A stretch of DNA of 64,000 nucleotides from a bacterium (GTDB lineage: Bacteria; SAR324; XYD2-FULL-50-16; G965216635). Under the pieces are notes generated by a model that was given only the letters and a program-made list of their open reading frames with translations, made no database searches and was not told the origin of the DNA. The stretch spans positions 2,080,001-2,144,000 of the forward strand of contig OZ244188.1 of assembly GCA_965216635.1 (NCBI GenBank). The letters run 5' to 3'. How positions within the stretch are numbered: position 1 is the stretch's first letter; each line of letters starts with the position of its first letter. Shown here one piece after another: positions 9,998 through 19,463 of this stretch. Position numbers and translations under genes: made by a program.

Positions 9998-10043
9998 TTA
10001 GTCGTCCCTTTAAAAGTCTAAAATTATTTTAAGGGACGACTAA
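9998..10043. repeat. Inverted repeat upstream of the GyrI-like gene
   Basis: ttagtcgtccctt...aagggacgactaa. Confidence 0.75.
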
Positions 10044-10055
10044 ACAGAAGGCATC

Positions 10056-10589
10056 ATGAAAAATTCACTCACCTTTCTATTATTTTTCTTATTTTCAAGC
10101 ATTGCCTTTGGGTTGCCCTTGCCAAAAGCAGGAGATTTTCAAATAAAGGAAGTTGCCCATAAAAATATCTTGTATATTGTTCATACTGAATACCAAGGAC
10201 ATATTTCCAACTCATTAATCAAATTGATACAGTATTACCTATTGAAAGAAAGTAACACTTATGAAGTTATATTTCCTCAGCTGAGTGTGGAAAGTGGAAA
10301 TATTGAAGGTAGCTACTACGCAATAGGTTTTAAAGGTAAACCCCAAGAAACTGATGAAATAAAAACCACACAACTTAAAGGCGGATTATTCGCTTCTTTT
10401 ATTTACAAAGGGAATTACAAATCCATAGCTTCCGCAATTAAAGGCACTTTCCAGAAGGTTCTAAAGACAGGCAAATATATTCCTCACAATAATGAGGAAA
10501 TAAGACTACTATACTGGAATAGTGTGGATGATAATCACCCTAAAGATTTAATAACCGAAATCCAAGTACGAGTTACAAAATTGCCATGA
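10056..10589 (+). CDS. Exported GyrI-like small-molecule-binding protein
   Basis: Signal peptide; LKGGLFASFIYKGNY and YWNS...PKDLITEIQV resemble the GyrI-like domain. Confidence 0.65.
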   Translation: MKNSLTFLLFFLFSSIAFGLPLPKAGDFQIKEVAHKNILYIVHTEYQGHISNSLIKLIQYYLLKESNTYEVIFPQLSVESGNIEGSYYAIGFKGKPQETDEIKTTQLKGGLFASFIYKGNYKSIASAIKGTFQKVLKTGKYIPHNNEEIRLLYWNSVDDNHPKDLITEIQVRVTKLP

Positions 10590-10671
10590 AAAACAGGCTA
10601 ACAAATCATTCCAGTAGAAGACTTCACCGCTACAAAAATTTAGTTGTGATGTGAAAAAAACCTAAATTTTT

Positions 10672-12003
10672 ATGAGTCTACAAAAAGAGCCACAGCAAAT
10701 GCAGGATTTATCTTTAAAGCTAGATATTCCAATTTGGAAAAATAGCATTGAGCTTCCTTCTAGAGATAAAAAAAAACACCATACTTTTGCTTTAGAAAAA
10801 AAATTTTTTTTCACTTGGTCTGAAGAAAATGGGTCAGAAGAAAATCAAAAAATTATTATTTTTGTATCTCCTCAAACGAGTCTAATTGAAGTTTTGCAAT
10901 ACAGCACTTTTTTAGGGAAACAGCTTGAATTTTATCTAACTTCTAGTCAATTGATTAGAGAAAGAATTCATCAATTTGAGGTACCTGAATCTGCTTCTCA
11001 AAGTAATTTTGTGTCGGTCTTTTTAACGGAGCTATTAGAAACAGCATCACAAAAAAAAGCAACTGATATTCATTTTTCGCCAACTCCAAAAGATAACTAC
11101 AATATACAAATTCGCATAGACGGAAAATTGCAGCCTTACAAAACAGAAGTAATAAAAGGAGTACTTCTCAAAGTAAAATTGCTCTCTCAAATGGATGTTG
11201 CCAAAACTAGATTTCCACAGGACGGTTATATGAACTTTCAAAACAAGAAAGGAAAAAAGTTTGATGTGAGAGTAGCTACTATTCCTTCCGTACTAGGAGA
11301 AAAAATGGTAATTCGGATTCTCCCTTTAGAAAACCTTGAAATTGATTTTAAGAAGCTCAATTTTCCTAAACCGTTTATTGCGATAATAGAAAGATTAATA
11401 GCAGACGCTGCGTCGGGATGGATATTAGTCACGGGTCCTACTGGATCTGGAAAAACAACAACGCTTTATTCTATTGTGCGGGCTTTAATTCAAAAAAATC
11501 TCAACATTATTACCATAGAAGACCCTGTAGAATATAGAATAGATGGAATCACCCAAGTTCAAATTAACGAAAAAGCGGGCATTACTTTTTCTAGTATTTT
11601 GCGAGCTAGCCTGCGTCAAGACCCTGATGTGATTCTTGTCGGTGAAATTAGAGACGAAGAAACTGCCAAAATAGCAGCAGCTGCCGCTAAAACTGGGCAT
11701 TTAGTACTTTCTACGATCCACAGCAGCAATGTATTGGAAACTTTACAAAGAATGAAATTTTTACAAATTGCCCCTGAAGACCTTGCTAATTCTTTAAAAT
11801 TAATTATATCTCAAAGGCTTCTTCAACCCACAGATACTACAGGTAGAGTTCCAGTATTGGAATATTTGGAAAACAACCGTGAAATTAGAGACGCTATTTT
11901 GGAGCAAAAAACAATTCTTGAGATAGAAAAAATTATGAAAAAACAAAAATTTATTTCTATGCAGGATTACGCCAAAAAAATCGGTATTAGTATGGCAGAT
12001 TGA
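10672..12003 (+). CDS. GspE/PilB family secretion/pilus ATPase
   Basis: ATDIHF, PQDG, GPTGSGKTTT, TIEDPVE, LRQDPDVILVGEIRD. Confidence 0.93.
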   Translation: MSLQKEPQQMQDLSLKLDIPIWKNSIELPSRDKKKHHTFALEKKFFFTWSEENGSEENQKIIIFVSPQTSLIEVLQYSTFLGKQLEFYLTSSQLIRERIHQFEVPESASQSNFVSVFLTELLETASQKKATDIHFSPTPKDNYNIQIRIDGKLQPYKTEVIKGVLLKVKLLSQMDVAKTRFPQDGYMNFQNKKGKKFDVRVATIPSVLGEKMVIRILPLENLEIDFKKLNFPKPFIAIIERLIADAASGWILVTGPTGSGKTTTLYSIVRALIQKNLNIITIEDPVEYRIDGITQVQINEKAGITFSSILRASLRQDPDVILVGEIRDEETAKIAAAAAKTGHLVLSTIHSSNVLETLQRMKFLQIAPEDLANSLKLIISQRLLQPTDTTGRVPVLEYLENNREIRDAILEQKTILEIEKIMKKQKFISMQDYAKKIGISMAD

Positions 12004-12095
12004 AAGTATTGCAATAATTTACACTATTGGCAAAAGTCTATTAATATTCTGCTTAGACGAGTATTGTGAATACAATAGCTCAAGCAAAAAACAGG

Positions 12096-12638
12096 CTAGT
12101 CCTGTTTTTTGTTTTCTGTATCGTCAAAAATGCGACTGCTCGTAGCTCCTTTTTGATTTTGATATTTTCCACGATAAGAGAATTCTACAGGCTGATCCAT
12201 CTCGGCAAAAACAATCTGGCAGATTCTTCTTCCAGCCTCTATTTCTATGGGAAGATCATTCGCGTTATAAAGCTCCAAAGTAATTTGTCCGCAAAATCCG
12301 GGATCCACCCAACCAGCATTTTGAATAAAAAGCCCCATTCTACCTACAGAACTTCTTCCCTCTACAAAGGCAGCTAAAAAATTTGGAACCTCCACTCTCT
12401 CTTTAGTGGTTGCTAATACAAAAGAGTGTGGCAAAAGAATCATTTTTTTTTTTTCAATATGTTCGTATTGAGCTGGTGTAGTAAGATTGAGAAATTCACC
12501 TTTTTTACTTACCTGCAAAAAATTTTTGTCTAAAATTAAATCTATAGAAGCGGGCTGGATTTGGTAATCGTCTAGCGGTTCTATTTTTAATTTCCCTTCT
12601 CTCAGGTATTGGCGAATGCTTTTATCAGACAGAATCAT
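12096..12638 (-). CDS. dcd: dCTP deaminase
   Basis: MILSD, IQPASIDL, EGRSSVGRMGL, AGWVDPGF, YRGKYQNQ. Confidence 0.95.
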   Translation of the reverse strand: MILSDKSIRQYLREGKLKIEPLDDYQIQPASIDLILDKNFLQVSKKGEFLNLTTPAQYEHIEKKKMILLPHSFVLATTKERVEVPNFLAAFVEGRSSVGRMGLFIQNAGWVDPGFCGQITLELYNANDLPIEIEAGRRICQIVFAEMDQPVEFSYRGKYQNQKGATSSRIFDDTENKKQD

Positions 12639-12683
12639 AATTTTTTATAGAAGATTTTTTTTTTTAACAAAAACTAAATAATA

Positions 12684-12757
12684 TAGACCTTTGAATTTCG
12701 CTGATGCTTACCCCACTATTGTGCCTAGCCGTCACATCAGCGAAATTTAAAGGTCTA
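12684..12757. mobile_element. Short MITE-like repeat
   Basis: tagacctttgaatttcgctgatg / catcagcgaaatttaaaggtcta inverted ends. Confidence 0.8.
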
Positions 12758-12845
12758 GAATAGCAAAAACAAAAAATTTGACAAGTTCTGTGAAAATTTG
12801 ATAACCTTAACTTATAAAATATAGTAAATATAGCAAAACCAAAAA

Positions 12846-14027
12846 ATGCAACATTTTCTTCAAAAATTTCTCACGTTCTTTGAAAACTTGAATCCTTTTT
12901 CTTTTGATACAAGTGCTTACCTATTTCTTTTCTTGTCTTGTCTTTTTCTGTTTGTAGCTCATATTTTTGTGAGTAAATTTATATTGAATTTTATTCAAAA
13001 AATTATTACAAAAAAAAGCTCAGCTCGGATCAAAATTTTTTCTGACTCGTTATTTTTTCAGAAGGCACTCAAGTTTGGTTTTTGGTTTTTGCTCTACTTT
13101 ATTGTAAATGATATTCTCACTCTCCCTGAGATTATAATCAAAATTATTTTTGTTCCAGTAATCTGGTTGTTTTTAAGAACTCTAGATCAATTTTTGATTT
13201 GTATTCACAAATTTTACGAACAACTAGATTTAGCGAAAAACAATCCTATCAAAGGCTACCTCCAGCTTTTAAGGATGGTTTTTTATACGATGGCTCTCAT
13301 TATTTTTGTTGTAGTGATTTTTGAAAAAAACCTCTCCGTTCTTTTAGGAGGATTTGGAGCTGCAACCGCCATTATTTTACTTATTTTTCGCGATACAATT
13401 TTATCTTTAGTCGCTAGTATTCAAATTTTTTCTAACAAACTTATTGCCCCAAAAGATTGGGTAGAAATTCCATTTTTCCAAGCCGATGGTGAAGTTATAG
13501 ATATCAATTTACACCAAGTGATTATCAAAAATTGGGATAATAGCCAGACGGTGATTCCCATTTATAAACTTATGGAAAACAGTTTTAAAAATTGGCGTAG
13601 TATGTATAAAGAAGGGCGCCGTATTCTCAATCAACTTTGGTTTGACCAAAAATCTATCCATATTTGTAGTGTAAAACAATTAAAAAAATTAACGGAAATA
13701 CCTTTGCTGAAAAAAGATGTTGAGTTTATTTTAGACAAATATAAAGAAGGAGAGCCTCTCGTTGCTACAAACCTTACTTTATTTCGCCAATACACAAAAA
13801 ATTATCTGCAAAACCATAGTAAAATTTCTCATAAATTTACTATAATCATTAGAAATCTAAGTCCCACTCCAGAAGGTCTACCAATGCAAATTTATGCATT
13901 TTGTAATGAAACAAGGTGGGCAGAATACGAAATCATTCAATCTTTAATCATTGAACATTTGATTGCCATTTCTAAAGATTTTGACTTGGAAATTTTCCAG
14001 CTAGAGAACAACAGAAAAAAAAGATAA
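12846..14027 (+). CDS. MscS-family mechanosensitive channel (YbdG-like)
   Basis: LIFRDTILSLVASIQ, ADGEVIDI, NSFKNWRSM, GLPMQIYAF, WAEYEIIQS. Confidence 0.9.
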   Translation: MQHFLQKFLTFFENLNPFSFDTSAYLFLFLSCLFLFVAHIFVSKFILNFIQKIITKKSSARIKIFSDSLFFQKALKFGFWFLLYFIVNDILTLPEIIIKIIFVPVIWLFLRTLDQFLICIHKFYEQLDLAKNNPIKGYLQLLRMVFYTMALIIFVVVIFEKNLSVLLGGFGAATAIILLIFRDTILSLVASIQIFSNKLIAPKDWVEIPFFQADGEVIDINLHQVIIKNWDNSQTVIPIYKLMENSFKNWRSMYKEGRRILNQLWFDQKSIHICSVKQLKKLTEIPLLKKDVEFILDKYKEGEPLVATNLTLFRQYTKNYLQNHSKISHKFTIIIRNLSPTPEGLPMQIYAFCNETRWAEYEIIQSLIIEHLIAISKDFDLEIFQLENNRKKR

Positions 14028-14067
14028 ATCAAAAGATTTTTTTAGCTCGAAATTTTTATCTTAGTCC

Positions 14068-15183
14068 TTATTTTTTTTCTACTATAGCCTTTACCTTGAG
14101 ATAATTCCTTATCCCAAAATCTTTGATAAAAAATAATTTACCTTTTAACCCGACCGTTTTGTAGCTATGATAAATTTCATTTAAAACAAACAATGGACTG
14201 ATGGATGGATATTCTTTGAGAATATCTGTAAAAAATTCTCTAACTTTTTTCTGTTTTTTTTTTAGCAGTCTGCTGTAACACAAATACTTCAAAAGGTTAA
14301 GATAATAGGGGATAAGTGCTGATTTTTCTACACCAGAATAACCATAAAAATCTTTAATCGCAGAAATTGTCTCAAAAACTCTCACAGCTTCTTGGGATTT
14401 TTGAGAATCAACTTTTTCCATATCCCAATTTAAAAAAATTCTAATAGTCTCTACATCTATTTTTATATTGAATTGCATAAGATGTTTCTGAACGACTAGC
14501 AAATGAGTTTTTCTTTGTTTTTCTTTGTTAGCTGTACTCTCTTGTTTATTATGAGCACGACACCTATATAAAATTTCATCAATGGCAGCAAAAGAAAGAA
14601 CAGAGCAGCCGTTTATCCAATAATCAGTATCCTCTACAGATTTTAATTGCTCATTAAAAAGCAATTTATTTGCTCTAATTTTTTTCATTTTCACCATACT
14701 GCCACCGGTTCCGAATGCACAATCAAATAAAAAAGTAGATTTAATTTGGGAATCAAGAAGAGGTCTTTTAAGTATAAATTGACTGTTTTCAAGATAACCC
14801 AGATGACAACTTACTACATCTATACTAGGATTTTGTTTTAAATAATCTATTTGAGTTTGCACCCAGTGGGGTAAGCTAATATCATCGGCATCCATCCATG
14901 CTATAAATTCTGTGGTAGCTTTTTTAAGGAGAGTGTTACGACTTTTTGCGGTTTTTTGGTTGCTGTTATTGACGAGAACTTTGATTCTTTTATTTTCTTT
15001 CGCATAAGCCTTTATAATTTTTAAACTATTATCCGTAGAGCCATCGTCTAAAATCAGAAATTTAAAATCAGTATATGTTTGCTTTAAAATACTACCAATA
15101 CTATCGTCTAAAAATTTTTCTGCGTTATAGACGGGCATTAAAATCGTTAAAAGAGTTCGTGATAGTTTTTTCTTTGTTACCAT
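14068..15183 (-). CDS. GT2 family glycosyltransferase (type B paralog)
   Basis: MPVYN, DDGSTD, MDADD, ED motif. Confidence 0.93.
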   Translation of the reverse strand: MVTKKKLSRTLLTILMPVYNAEKFLDDSIGSILKQTYTDFKFLILDDGSTDNSLKIIKAYAKENKRIKVLVNNSNQKTAKSRNTLLKKATTEFIAWMDADDISLPHWVQTQIDYLKQNPSIDVVSCHLGYLENSQFILKRPLLDSQIKSTFLFDCAFGTGGSMVKMKKIRANKLLFNEQLKSVEDTDYWINGCSVLSFAAIDEILYRCRAHNKQESTANKEKQRKTHLLVVQKHLMQFNIKIDVETIRIFLNWDMEKVDSQKSQEAVRVFETISAIKDFYGYSGVEKSALIPYYLNLLKYLCYSRLLKKKQKKVREFFTDILKEYPSISPLFVLNEIYHSYKTVGLKGKLFFIKDFGIRNYLKVKAIVEKK

Positions 15184-16172
15184 GTTTTAACATTAAGATA
15201 GTTTGAAAATCCAAATTCTTTAATAAAGAACCACTTGCCTCTAAAACCCGACTTACGATAGCCGCGATAAAATTGTTTTAAGATGCTTTTTTTATTTATA
15301 CTAGAATAACCATAAAAATTTTTGATACGCAAAATTTGATTGGCAATTTTCAGAGTTTCTTGAAATTTTTGGGAATCAAATTCCATTTTTTTATCTAATG
15401 ACAAAAGAATTTTGATAGTTTCTGAATCTGCTTTTATATTGAATCTTAAAAGATGTCTCTTAATAAGAACGCTAGCGTTACCTAGGATTTGTTTTTGATT
15501 GATTGTTGTAGTTTGATTGGAATCTTGACGATACTGATATAACACTTTGTTTAAATTGGAAAATTTCATAAAAGGAAAACAGTCTATAATGTATTGGTGA
15601 TCTTCTCCTGTAGAGAGTTTGTGATGGCTATCAAAAAAAAGATTGTGCTGTTTTATTTTTTTCATTCTCATTAAAGAACTTCCAAACAGAAAATCAAAAC
15701 CAAATATAAAATTAGTTTTAATTTCAATATCGGATAGAGAATAATGAGAAGTGAAATTTGTAGCTTGAGTGCCACCAGCTCCAAAAGCACTATACTGATT
15801 GCCCACAGCGTCTATACTAGGATTTTGTTTTAAATAATCCATTTGAGATTGCAACCTGTTTTCTAAACTAATATCATCTGCATCCATCCATGCTATAAAT
15901 TCTGTTTTGGCGTTTTTTAGAAGACGATTACGACATTTAGCTTGTTTTTGATTAGTTTTATTGACTAGAACTTTGATTCTTTCATCTTTTTTTGCATAAG
16001 CCTTTATAATCTCTAAACTATTATCCGTAGAGCCATCGTCTAAAATCAGAAATTCAAAATCAGTGTAGGTTTGCTCTAAAATACTACCAATACTATCGTC
16101 TAAAAATTTTTCTGTGTTATAGACTGGCATTAAAACAGATAAAAGAAATTTTGTTTTTTTTTTCGTTACCAT
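15177..16172 (-). CDS. GT2 family glycosyltransferase (type A paralog)
   Basis: MPVYN, DDGSTD, MDADD, GED motif. Confidence 0.93.
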   Translation of the reverse strand: MVTKKKTKFLLSVLMPVYNTEKFLDDSIGSILEQTYTDFEFLILDDGSTDNSLEIIKAYAKKDERIKVLVNKTNQKQAKCRNRLLKNAKTEFIAWMDADDISLENRLQSQMDYLKQNPSIDAVGNQYSAFGAGGTQATNFTSHYSLSDIEIKTNFIFGFDFLFGSSLMRMKKIKQHNLFFDSHHKLSTGEDHQYIIDCFPFMKFSNLNKVLYQYRQDSNQTTTINQKQILGNASVLIKRHLLRFNIKADSETIKILLSLDKKMEFDSQKFQETLKIANQILRIKNFYGYSSINKKSILKQFYRGYRKSGFRGKWFFIKEFGFSNYLNVKTW

Positions 16173-17134
16173 GTCTTAACCTTGAGATAGTTTAAAACCC
16201 CAAATTCCTTGATAAAAAACCACTTGCCTCTAAAACCCGCCTTACGATAGCCGCGATAAAATTGTTTTAAGATGCTTTTTTTATTTATACTAGAATAACC
16301 ATAAAAATTTTTGATATGAAAAATTTGATTAATAATTTCCAGAGTCTCTTGAAATTTTTGAGGATTAAATTTTTTTTTATAAATAGATAGAGTAGTTTTG
16401 AGCACATCTGCAGTAACTTTTATGTTGTATTTTAAAAGATGTTTCTGAACAATTAACAAATGTACCTGCTTTTGTTTTTTTTTATTCATCACACTATTTT
16501 GTAAATGGTGTACACGATATTTATATAATACTTCATCAATCACGGAGAAAGAAAGGACAGAGCAGCAGTTCACCCAATAATCATAATCCTCTGCAGATTC
16601 TAATTGTTCATTAAAAAACAATTTATTCGCTTTAATTTTTTTCATTTTCACCGTACTGCCGCCGGTTCCGAATGCACAATCAAATAAAAAAGTAGATTTA
16701 ATTTGGGAATCAAGAAGAGGTCTTTTAAGTATAAATTGACGGTCTCCAAAACAACCCAAATGACAACTTACTACATCTATATTGGGATTTTGTTTTAAAT
16801 AATCTATTTGAGTTTGCAACCAGTGGGGTAAGCTAATATCATCGGCATCCATCCATGCTATAAATTCTGTAGTAGCTTTTTTAAGGAGAGTGTTACGATT
16901 TTTTGCGATTTTTTGGTTGTTTTTATTGACGAGAACTTTGATTCTTTTATCTTTTTTTGCATAAGCCTTTATAATTTTTAAACTATTATCCGTAGAGCCG
17001 TCGTCTAAAATCAGAAATTCAAAATCAGTATAGGTTTGCCCTAAAATACTACCGATACTATCGTCTAAAAATTTTTCTGCGTTATAGACGGGCATTAAAA
17101 CAGCTAAAGGAGATACAGATTTTTTATTTGCCAT
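16166..17134 (-). CDS. GT2 family glycosyltransferase (type B paralog)
   Basis: MPVYN, DDGSTD, MDADD, AEDYD. Confidence 0.93.
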   Translation of the reverse strand: MANKKSVSPLAVLMPVYNAEKFLDDSIGSILGQTYTDFEFLILDDGSTDNSLKIIKAYAKKDKRIKVLVNKNNQKIAKNRNTLLKKATTEFIAWMDADDISLPHWLQTQIDYLKQNPNIDVVSCHLGCFGDRQFILKRPLLDSQIKSTFLFDCAFGTGGSTVKMKKIKANKLFFNEQLESAEDYDYWVNCCSVLSFSVIDEVLYKYRVHHLQNSVMNKKKQKQVHLLIVQKHLLKYNIKVTADVLKTTLSIYKKKFNPQKFQETLEIINQIFHIKNFYGYSSINKKSILKQFYRGYRKAGFRGKWFFIKEFGVLNYLKVKTW

Positions 17135-19463
17135 ATTTTATTTGAAGATAACTTTTGAATCCAAAATTTTTGATGAAAAATAATTTCCCTCCCAATCCAA
17201 AATCACGGTAATGGTAGTAGATTTTCCTTAAAATCATTGTTTGATTAGTAATAGGATATTGTCTAAAAATATTCTTAAAAAATTCTTTGAATTTTTCACT
17301 ATTTTTTTTCAAAAGCTTATTCTGGAAAAAATATAGCAACAGAGTAAGACAATGGGGGATAAAGAAAATTTTTTCTATTCTAGCGTGATTGTAAAAATTT
17401 TTTATAGTTACGAGTTGATTTAAAAGGTTTAAAACTTTTTGAAATTTTTGAGTATCAAACTCTTCTTTTATAAAAAAAATTTTATCCAAAACTTTCACGG
17501 TTTCTGGAAATTTTTGATTGATCAAACACTTATCAATCCATTGCAGAAAAAAATGAATAGTTTCTAAATCTGCTTTTATATTGAATCTTAAAAGATGTTT
17601 TTGAATAATAACTCCAGCGTTATCTAGGATTTGTTTTTGATTGATTGTTGTAGTTTGATTGGAATCTTGACGATATTGATATAATATTTCTTTTAAATTG
17701 GAAAATTTCATAAAAGGAAAACAGTCTATAATGTATTGGTGATCTTCTCCTGTAGAGAGTTTGTAATGGCTATCAAAAAAAATATTGTACTGTTTTATTT
17801 TTTTCATTCTCATTAAAGAACTTCCAAACAAAAAATCATACCCAAATATAAAACTTGTTTTAATCTCAATATCTGATAGAGAATACTGGGAAGTGAAACT
17901 GGCAGCCTGATTGCCACTTCCTCCAAAAGCACTATACTGAGTGCCCACAGCGTCTATACTAGAGTTTTGTTTTAAATAATCCATTTGAATTTGCAACCTA
18001 TTTTCTAAACTAATATCATCTGCATCCATCCATGCTATAAATTCTGTTTTGGTGTTTTTTAGAAGACGATTGCGACATTTAGCCTGTTTTTGATTAGTTT
18101 TATTGACTAGAACTTTGATTCTTTCATCTTTTTTTGCATAAGCCTTTATAATCTCTAAACTATTATCCGTAGAGCCATCGTCTAAAATCAGAAATTCAAA
18201 CCCAGTGTAGGTTTGCTCTAAAATACTACCAATACTATCGTCTAAAAATTTCTCTGCGTTATAGACCGGCATTAAAACAGTTAAAAAAGGCTTGAAGTTA
18301 TCCAAGAGTCTAAATGTTTTAATGAAAAACAACTTTTTTTCTAATCCAGACTTTTTGTGATTTTCAAGAATTTGTTTTAAAGCAAACAGGTCATTTGTAA
18401 CAAGATATTTTTTGAAAATGTCTTCAAAAATTTTTATTTTATTCTTATTGTTTTTCAAAAATTTATTTTGATAAAAACACATTAGCAGAGTAAGGAAATG
18501 AGAGTTAAGGAAATTTTTTTCTATTCTAGCGTAATTGTAAAAGTTTTTTATAGTTGCGAGTTGATTTAAAAGGTTTAAAACTTTTTGAAATTTTTGAGTA
18601 TTAAATTCTTCTTTTATAAAAAAAATTTTATCCAAAACTTTCACGGTTTCTGGAAATTTTTGAGAAACCAATTCCTTATCAATCCATTGCAGAAAAAAAT
18701 GAATAGTTTCCGAATCTGCTTTTATATTGAATCTTAAAAGATGTTTTTGAATAATAGCTCCAGCATTATCTAGTATTTGTTTTTGATTGATTACGGTAAT
18801 TTGATGAGCATGCTGGCGATATTGATATAACACTTTGTTTAGATTGGAAAATTTCATAAAAGGAAAACAGTCTATAATGTATTGGTGATCTACTCCTGTA
18901 GAGAGTTTGTAATGGCTATCAAAAAAAAGATTGTATTGTTTTATTTTTTTCATTCTCATTAAAGAGCTAGGGAGAAAAAAATCATAACCAAATATAAAAT
19001 TAGTTTTAATTTCAATATCGGATAGAGAATACTGAGAAGTAAAATTTGTAGCTTGATTGCCACCACCACCAAAAGCGCTATATTGATTGCCCACAGCGTC
19101 TATACTAGGATTTTGTTTTAAATAATCCATTTGAGATTGCAACCTATTTTCTAAACTAATATCATCTGCATCCATCCATGCTATAAATTTTGTTTTGGTG
19201 TTTTTTAGAAGACGATTACGACATTTAGCTTCTCCCTGATTTTTTTGATTCACTAGAATTTTGATTCTTTTATCTTCTTTTGCATAAGCCTCTATAATCT
19301 CTAAACTATTATCCGTAGAGCCATCGTCTAGAATCAGAAATTCAAAATCAGTGTAGGTTTGCTCTAAAATACTACCAATACTATCGTCTAAAAATTTCTC
19401 TGTGTTATAGACTGGCATTAAAACCGTTAAAATAAATTTTGGTGATTTTTTCTCTGTTACCAT
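17124..19463 (-). CDS. Double-domain GT2 glycosyltransferase (A-A fusion)
   Basis: Two near-identical MPVYN/DDGSTD/MDADD domains. Confidence 0.93.
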   Translation of the reverse strand: MVTEKKSPKFILTVLMPVYNTEKFLDDSIGSILEQTYTDFEFLILDDGSTDNSLEIIEAYAKEDKRIKILVNQKNQGEAKCRNRLLKNTKTKFIAWMDADDISLENRLQSQMDYLKQNPSIDAVGNQYSAFGGGGNQATNFTSQYSLSDIEIKTNFIFGYDFFLPSSLMRMKKIKQYNLFFDSHYKLSTGVDHQYIIDCFPFMKFSNLNKVLYQYRQHAHQITVINQKQILDNAGAIIQKHLLRFNIKADSETIHFFLQWIDKELVSQKFPETVKVLDKIFFIKEEFNTQKFQKVLNLLNQLATIKNFYNYARIEKNFLNSHFLTLLMCFYQNKFLKNNKNKIKIFEDIFKKYLVTNDLFALKQILENHKKSGLEKKLFFIKTFRLLDNFKPFLTVLMPVYNAEKFLDDSIGSILEQTYTGFEFLILDDGSTDNSLEIIKAYAKKDERIKVLVNKTNQKQAKCRNRLLKNTKTEFIAWMDADDISLENRLQIQMDYLKQNSSIDAVGTQYSAFGGSGNQAASFTSQYSLSDIEIKTSFIFGYDFLFGSSLMRMKKIKQYNIFFDSHYKLSTGEDHQYIIDCFPFMKFSNLKEILYQYRQDSNQTTTINQKQILDNAGVIIQKHLLRFNIKADLETIHFFLQWIDKCLINQKFPETVKVLDKIFFIKEEFDTQKFQKVLNLLNQLVTIKNFYNHARIEKIFFIPHCLTLLLYFFQNKLLKKNSEKFKEFFKNIFRQYPITNQTMILRKIYYHYRDFGLGGKLFFIKNFGFKSYLQIKYGK

